NCBI GenBank assembly: GCA_049587755.1
Contig: JBAVEN010000082.1
Span: 9,804 to 73,803 of the forward strand
Reading direction: 5' to 3'
Origin: Bryobacteraceae bacterium
Lineage (GTDB): Bacteria > Acidobacteriota > Terriglobia > Bryobacterales > Bryobacteraceae
DNA length: 64,000 nt
Shown one piece after another: positions 59,101 to 64,000 of this stretch. Both the position numbers and the translations under genes were made by a program. Position 1 is the stretch's first letter. Each line of letters starts with the position of its first letter. Below the pieces are notes generated by a model that was not told where the DNA came from, searched no databases, and was given only the letters and a program-made list of their open reading frames with translations.

Positions 59101-59124
59101 TGGCGGTGAGGGTGGGATTCGAAC
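59101..59124 (-). other. isolated tRNA 3'-end-like fragment (T-loop, acceptor 3' strand, GCCA)
   Basis: The minus strand reads GTTCGAATCCCACCCTCACCGCCA. The upstream sequence lacks a complementary T-stem (GAGCG versus CCCAC) and there is no GGTGAGG 5' acceptor strand within 400 nt, so no cloverleaf can be drawn. Confidence 0.4.
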
Positions 59125-59468
59125 GCTCCGGCCCCATTTGGGATCTGCAAGTTGCAGATTCTTCGTTGCCGCCACTGCCATTTGTGCCATCGCTGCCGTT
59201 GCGCATTGCCCACCATTGCCCACGGACAGACGCAGCCAACCGTCTACAGGGTGAGCACGCGGAAGACGGAAGAGGGTGAGCATGTTCGTCCTTCGCGCTG
59301 TCCTGCCTCCAGACTCCGGCGCACGCGTCACTTTTGGTGGTCAGGAGCGGCCTGGTTGGGGGTAAAGAGGAAGTCAAAAATGGAATTCTGGGAAAGCACC
59401 CTTCGCTTGGACCCGGCGCTCACGCCATCCTCGTCAAGACGACTGGCTTGCCATCCGAACTTGGAAGC

Positions 59469-60410
59469 TCATTTTGCCGGTCTGGCGTGATCCAGGCAGA
59501 GCGCGACCAGATCTGTGGCATTGGCTTCGCCCACACACATGACCGTGTCTGCGCCGCCCCAATAGATCTTCACGGTTCCATCGGACTCCGCAACGGCGCC
59601 ACAGGTGAACACGACATTGTGGACATATCCCGTGATTTCCCAGGGATCTTCGGGCTGCAGAATCCACGAGTCGCCTACGCCGATGATCTTTGCCGGGTTT
59701 TGCAGGTCATGAAGAGCGACCCCCAAGCGATAGACTGATCCGTCCATTGTCTGGAAAACGCCGTGATAGATGGAAAGCCATCCCTGCTCGGTCTTGATCG
59801 GCGGCGCGCCGGGGCCTATCTTCATTTCGTCCCAGTGATACTGTACGGGCCGCATGATGAGTTGCGACTCGCCCCAAAAACGCAGGTCCGGGGAATAGGA
59901 AATCCAAATCGACCAGGGAGCGATCTCCGAATGGGGACGGTCCAGCCGGGCATAGAGTCCATCGAACTTCTCGGGAAAGATCACCACATTCCGGTAGTCC
60001 GCCTCGGTGATAAGGGAGATCCGCTCCACGTAACTGAAATCCTTTGTCTTCGCTAGGGCGATCCGCACGCCATGTCGCGAGTAAGCGCTATAAGTGATGA
60101 GATACTCGCCGTCGACGCACGTGACGCGCGGATCTTCGACACCAAACTCCTCGTAGGTGGCGAAAGCGCCGTTGGGCGCGGGAGTCAAAAAGGGCGCCGG
60201 ATCAGCCGTGAAGTGGAATCCGTCGGGACTGCGTGCCAAACCGATGATGGACCGACCCGTGCGCAGATGGGAACGGAACAGCATGATGTATTCGTTCTCA
60301 TGCTTCGCCACCGCTGCGTTGTGGACCGTCTCGACCGGATAAGGGACATCGGCTTTGGTGAGGATGGGGTTGTGAGGGTATCGCCTTACGATGTCCGGCT
60401 TAGTATTCAT
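59469..60410 (-). CDS. glycoside hydrolase family 130 (beta-mannoside phosphorylase/hydrolase-like, DUF377)
   Basis: RYPHNPILT, VHNAAV, FGVEDPRV, GPGAPPIKTEQGWLSIYHGV and YWGGADT. Confidence 0.85.
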   Translation of the reverse strand: MNTKPDIVRRYPHNPILTKADVPYPVETVHNAAVAKHENEYIMLFRSHLRTGRSIIGLARSPDGFHFTADPAPFLTPAPNGAFATYEEFGVEDPRVTCVDGEYLITYSAYSRHGVRIALAKTKDFSYVERISLITEADYRNVVIFPEKFDGLYARLDRPHSEIAPWSIWISYSPDLRFWGESQLIMRPVQYHWDEMKIGPGAPPIKTEQGWLSIYHGVFQTMDGSVYRLGVALHDLQNPAKIIGVGDSWILQPEDPWEITGYVHNVVFTCGAVAESDGTVKIYWGGADTVMCVGEANATDLVALCLDHARPAK

Positions 60411-61438
60411 GACTTCCCTTCCGACGCAAAGATCGCTCCGTAGACCCGCTCGTATGCTTCCACCATAGTTTCGATGGAGAAAAACTGCTGGACCCGTTGG
60501 CGGCACGCGTTCCGATCGATTTCACCAAGGCGCTTCAGGGCCTGCGCCGCCTGGTGGACATCATTGACGAGGAAGCCCGTCTGCCCATCCTGGATCACCT
60601 CGCGGCAAGAGCCGAGGTCCGTGGCGATCACGGGCACGCCGGCGGCATTGGCTTCCGCCAGGACCAGTCCGAATCGCTCCGGGATGGTGTTCAGGTGCAG
60701 CAGCGCCCGGGCGCGCGCGAACAACGCGTTCTTGCCCGAAACGTCCACTGGCCCGATGTAGCGGATCGCCTGATCGAGGTGGGGCTCCACTTGGTTGCGG
60801 AAATAGGTCCGATCCTGGATGATGCCGGCTATGCGCAGCGGCAATCCGCTCAGGCGCGCAACTTCGATGGCCAGATGGACCCCCTTGTCCGGGTGAATCC
60901 GGCCGAGGAAGATCAAGTCATCGCCGCCACGGCCCTGCATCGGGTACAGCGAAAGGTCGATGCCGTTATAGACTGTCGCCAGATAATTCAGCCCCGGTGC
61001 GCGATCGGAGTTGCTGATGGAGACAAAATATCCGTCACGATACTTGTCATAGACGCGCATGATTTTGGGCGACGAGAATCCGTGAATAGTCGTGAGCACC
61101 GGCGTCTTTACCAGCCGAGTGTAGGAGAGCGCCATGAAGTCGTAATGACTGTGGATCAACTCGAACTCGGCAGCGTGCTCAAACACTTCGGAGATGTGAA
61201 GGTACTCGGCCACTTTGGGATCGATGGCGGGATCCTCTTCGTACCCACGGTCTATTACCGCATGTAAGTGCGCTCGGGTTACGGAATCCCGAGTGGCGAA
61301 CAACGTCACATCCCAGCCACGGGCGACCAGTCCTTCGGTGATGTTGCTGGCAACTGTCTCCCACGCGCCGTATTGCCGGGGAGGTGTTCGCCAGGCAACA
61401 GGCGACAGGACGGCCACCCTTTTGTTGGGGATGGTCAT
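60407..61438 (-). CDS. GT4-family (group 1) glycosyltransferase
   Basis: RVAVLSPVAWRTPPRQYGAWETV N-terminus and ERFGLVLAEANAAGVPVIATDLGSCREVI (EX7E region). ATGA overlaps with both neighbouring genes. Confidence 0.85.
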   Translation of the reverse strand: MTIPNKRVAVLSPVAWRTPPRQYGAWETVASNITEGLVARGWDVTLFATRDSVTRAHLHAVIDRGYEEDPAIDPKVAEYLHISEVFEHAAEFELIHSHYDFMALSYTRLVKTPVLTTIHGFSSPKIMRVYDKYRDGYFVSISNSDRAPGLNYLATVYNGIDLSLYPMQGRGGDDLIFLGRIHPDKGVHLAIEVARLSGLPLRIAGIIQDRTYFRNQVEPHLDQAIRYIGPVDVSGKNALFARARALLHLNTIPERFGLVLAEANAAGVPVIATDLGSCREVIQDGQTGFLVNDVHQAAQALKRLGEIDRNACRQRVQQFFSIETMVEAYERVYGAIFASEGKS

Positions 61439-62901
61439 ACTATTGCGGCTTCCGGCTCCATGGCAGCCAATACCTCGGCAAGCGGGACGGTCGCGAAACC
61501 AGTGGCGTGATCGGCCATGCCATAAGGAATGATGAGTTCGCCGTTGTGGACGAGAGCGCCGCAGGTGTATACGACATTGGGCACGTAACCCTGGCGCTCG
61601 CTCTGGTTCGGCTTGAGCAAGGGTTCGCGGAGCCGTCCAATCACCTTGCTCGGATCGTCTCGATCGAGCAGGAACGCGCCGATCGAGTACTGTCGCATCG
61701 GGCCGACCCCGTGGCTGAGAACGAGCCATCCGGCATCGGTCTCGATCGGAGATCCGCAGTTCCCGAGCTGGACCAATTCCCACGGAAAGGCTGGCTTGAG
61801 GAGCACGCTGCGCTCATTCCAGAAGTGGACGTTATCGGAAAACATCAGGTAGATGTTCTCGTTGTCCTGGCGGGAGAGCATGGCGTAGAGGCCGCCGATC
61901 TTCCGGGGGAAGATTGCCATGCCTTTGTTTTCGGCGGCCGGACCGTTCAGAGTAATGAAGCGAAAGTTGAGGAAGTCGGAAGTCTGCACCAACTCCGGCA
62001 CGACGACCCTGCCATCGAAGGCGGTGAAGGTCGCGTAGTAGATGTAGGTACCATCGTCGTTCCGGAAGCAAACGAAGCGGGCGTCCTCGATGCCATTGCG
62101 TTGGGACGGTGTGGCTGGGAACAAGATGCGCTCGGACAACTCCTGGTCCGGCCGGAACTGGACCTCGTAGTTGGACCGGGCGAGTATCCAAATCCCCTGC
62201 GAGGCGTCTTGATCCTTCTGCGACATGCCATCCGGAAGGCGAAACTGCTCCGCCTGGAGCCCGGCGCGAAGATCTTCCAGCGCAAACGACTCCCCCAGTT
62301 TTTTCATCACGCGGCGCGTGAATTCGCCCGTCAATCCCAGCTCAGAGAGTTTTCGCTCGAACAGCGGCTTTTCGTACAGGGGGTTTGGGATCTGGCTCGG
62401 CTCGGTGAGAAAGCCCGTGGGGGGAAACACCTGGATCCGCTGATCGCGAAAGATGATACCGGTTCGAAACGTAATCGAAGAAATGTGTCCTTCCCCGGTG
62501 GCGCGCAAGCTGAGAATGAATCGCAGAGCGCCTGCCGCGAGACCGGCTTGGTCAGGATGCGGCACGATGGAAGGATTGAACAGGGCAGCGGATTCCAAAG
62601 AGTATTCAGCCAGGAAGTAGGAGCCGATCAGGAGTCGTCTTGGTTCGGAAATGTCCTCAACCCCCGCCAAAGACTCACGGACCTGTTCGAAGCGCTCCAG
62701 GAAGCGATCGCGAATTTGCCGGTGGCGCTGGGAGAACTCGGCGGTAACCTCGTTCAGCAGCCGGCTGGCCCGGTCTTTCGGAAGCGCTATGATCCTGGCG
62801 ACGATCCTGGCGACCCGCTCAGGACCACCCGGACTGAACGGCCGCAGGAGAACGCGGGACTGGTCGGGATTGACGAATGTGGATGTACGTTTGAGGTGCA
62901 T
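61435..62901 (-). CDS. GH130-like protein with a ~150-aa N-terminal extension
   Basis: The C-terminal two thirds show the GH130/DUF377 pattern: IEDARFV, YYATFTAFDG, GSPIETDAGWLVLSHGVG and IIPYGMAD. Confidence 0.7.
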   Translation of the reverse strand: MHLKRTSTFVNPDQSRVLLRPFSPGGPERVARIVARIIALPKDRASRLLNEVTAEFSQRHRQIRDRFLERFEQVRESLAGVEDISEPRRLLIGSYFLAEYSLESAALFNPSIVPHPDQAGLAAGALRFILSLRATGEGHISSITFRTGIIFRDQRIQVFPPTGFLTEPSQIPNPLYEKPLFERKLSELGLTGEFTRRVMKKLGESFALEDLRAGLQAEQFRLPDGMSQKDQDASQGIWILARSNYEVQFRPDQELSERILFPATPSQRNGIEDARFVCFRNDDGTYIYYATFTAFDGRVVVPELVQTSDFLNFRFITLNGPAAENKGMAIFPRKIGGLYAMLSRQDNENIYLMFSDNVHFWNERSVLLKPAFPWELVQLGNCGSPIETDAGWLVLSHGVGPMRQYSIGAFLLDRDDPSKVIGRLREPLLKPNQSERQGYVPNVVYTCGALVHNGELIIPYGMADHATGFATVPLAEVLAAMEPEAAIV

Positions 62902-62920
62902 GGAAATGGGCGTTTGGCGG

Positions 62921-64000
62921 CTACTCCGTGATAGCGATCGGTTCGTTAAAGCTCGTCAGCATGTTTTGCGCAAGTTGCATTTCCGCCAGGGAAAGCAGGA
63001 AGGCCAGGGTGGATTCCGCTCCCTGGTTTCCGTTGACCCGATCCACATGCAACCCATCGCGGCAGCCCCCTGTCTCGGAAGAGTAAAGCTCGAGTCCGAG
63101 ATCGTTCCAGCCGATGAACCAGTCAAAAGCGCGCTGTGCCTGCTCATACCACCAGACGTCCGATGTGGCGCGGTAGGCTTCCAGACAGGCCGAGACTGTT
63201 GCCTGCGCATCAATGGGCTGCTGGTCGAAATTGGCGCGCGTGCCGCCGCGGCGGTAAAACCCATTACTGCCAACGGGCCGAAAGTGCCCCTTCTCAGACA
63301 TCTGCAACTCGGTCAGCCAGCGTAGAGCATCGAGGCCGCGCTGCAGCACCGCTGGTTGTCCCGTTGCATGTCCGCTAACAATCAAGGCGTGCGCGAGCTT
63401 CGCGTTGTCGTAAGACAGTTCCTCTTCAAACCATTGCCAATCCGGATGCGCGCTCGCTTCAAAGAGCTCCATGAGATGGCAAGTCAATGCCTCCCGGGTT
63501 TGATTGACCAGGCTGTCACCGCTCAACCGCCGTAAATATTCGTGGATGCCGAGCAAGCCGAAGGCCCAAGCCCGAGGCGAAGTGAACTCGGTCACCGCGG
63601 GCAACGCCAGTGCGAAGAGCTGTCCCGCCATCATCTGGAAGCTCCGAAAGGGCGAACGTCCCACGCCGATGCCCAGCGCCCAGAGCGCCCTGCCTTGACA
63701 ATCTTCCGATCCCTGTTCGTCCAGCCAATGGCGCTCGAAGCTCAGGTGGTTGTGGAAGCGTTTCGTTTTGAGATCGAAAGCGTGATGGAGGAACGCCCCG
63801 GAGGTGGAGGCCAGTGCCCGCACGCGCTCCGGCTCCTCACCCAGTTCACCGAGCAGCACGGCCAGGATAAAGGCACGAGCGTTATCGTCGGTGCAATAGC
63901 CTTCGGAAAAATTCGGAACACTGAAAACAGCATGTTGGAAGACCCCGGTGGAATCGGTCATCCGCGAAAGATGGCTCAACTTCATCGGCGGCAGCTCCCG
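62921..64000 (-). CDS. (alpha/alpha)6 six-hairpin glycosidase-like protein, probably 5'-truncated by the window edge
   Basis: FSEGYCTDDNARAFILAV, GRALWALG, and repeated W/aromatic helical hairpin pattern. The frame stays open upstream of ATG 63985 to the window end. Confidence 0.55.
   Translation of the reverse strand, partial: RELPPMKLSHLSRMTDSTGVFQHAVFSVPNFSEGYCTDDNARAFILAVLLGELGEEPERVRALASTSGAFLHHAFDLKTKRFHNHLSFERHWLDEQGSEDCQGRALWALGIGVGRSPFRSFQMMAGQLFALALPAVTEFTSPRAWAFGLLGIHEYLRRLSGDSLVNQTREALTCHLMELFEASAHPDWQWFEEELSYDNAKLAHALIVSGHATGQPAVLQRGLDALRWLTELQMSEKGHFRPVGSNGFYRRGGTRANFDQQPIDAQATVSACLEAYRATSDVWWYEQAQRAFDWFIGWNDLGLELYSSETGGCRDGLHVDRVNGNQGAESTLAFLLSLAEMQLAQNMLTSFNEPIAITE

Noticed and set aside
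59048-59124. Intact tRNA or tRNA-Sec ending at 59101
   Set aside because: No complementary acceptor 5' strand. The T-stem GAGCG/CCCAC pairs at only 3 of 5 positions. The ATCTGCA-ACT-TGCAGAT hairpin has a 3-nt loop, or a 7-nt loop without U33, and no sensible anticodon.
59101-59468. tmRNA (ssrA) on the minus strand. The gap is about 368 nt and ends in a T-loop/CCA-like sequence.
   Set aside because: The 3' end is CCTCACC-G-CCA, so it has no G3:U70 alanine identity or ...TCCACCA terminus. There is no GGGG...TTCGAC-type 5' end, no plausible ...ALAA tag reading frame, and the T-stem cannot pair.

Overview
High-GC (about 63-66%) bacterial chromosome segment, probably Acidobacteriota. That guess rests on an ADOP-type duplicated FtsX permease, many ECF sigma factor and Ser/Thr kinase genes, and GTAGGGGCCGGGCATGCCCGGCCC-type REP palindromes. 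I support about 50 protein-coding genes. Housekeeping genes: thrC (partial), scpA, scpB, rluB, trxA, glgA, pruA, acnA, an Mrp/ApbC homologue and a TlpA-like redoxin. Other blocks: a HlyD/ABC/ADOP efflux operon, several glycan-active genes (GH28, GH3, GH79-like, GH130 x2, GT4, GT39-like), and a lower-GC patch at about 20.1-22.8 kb holding a frameshifted polysaccharide deacetylase and stacked toxin-antitoxin genes. There are three signalling modules: a TPR-CHAT protease with an ECF sigma and anti-sigma; an ECF43-like sigma with a Ser/Thr kinase fused to FGE and hydrolase domains; and a reduced solute-binding protein with a histidine kinase and a sigma54 activator. No rRNA gene, intact tRNA gene, CRISPR array, transposase or integrase was found. 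Most interesting: (1) the stand-alone TPR-CHAT / ECF sigma / anti-sigma operon, which resembles the Csx29-RpoE-Csx30/31 arm of type III-E CRISPR loci but has no CRISPR genes; (2) a recombination scar at 34970-35243 made of truncated copies of the 3' ends of the GT39-like and GH3 genes, joined at a microhomology; (3) a consensus-perfect sigma54 promoter upstream of a tiny secreted YXWGXW-like protein; (4) an irregular six-copy direct-repeat array over the ECF43-like sigma promoter, and an in-frame 21-bp repeat inside the GH3 gene; (5) REP palindromes that supply stop codons or extra codons to three genes. Most long antisense ORFs in the track are high-GC artefacts.
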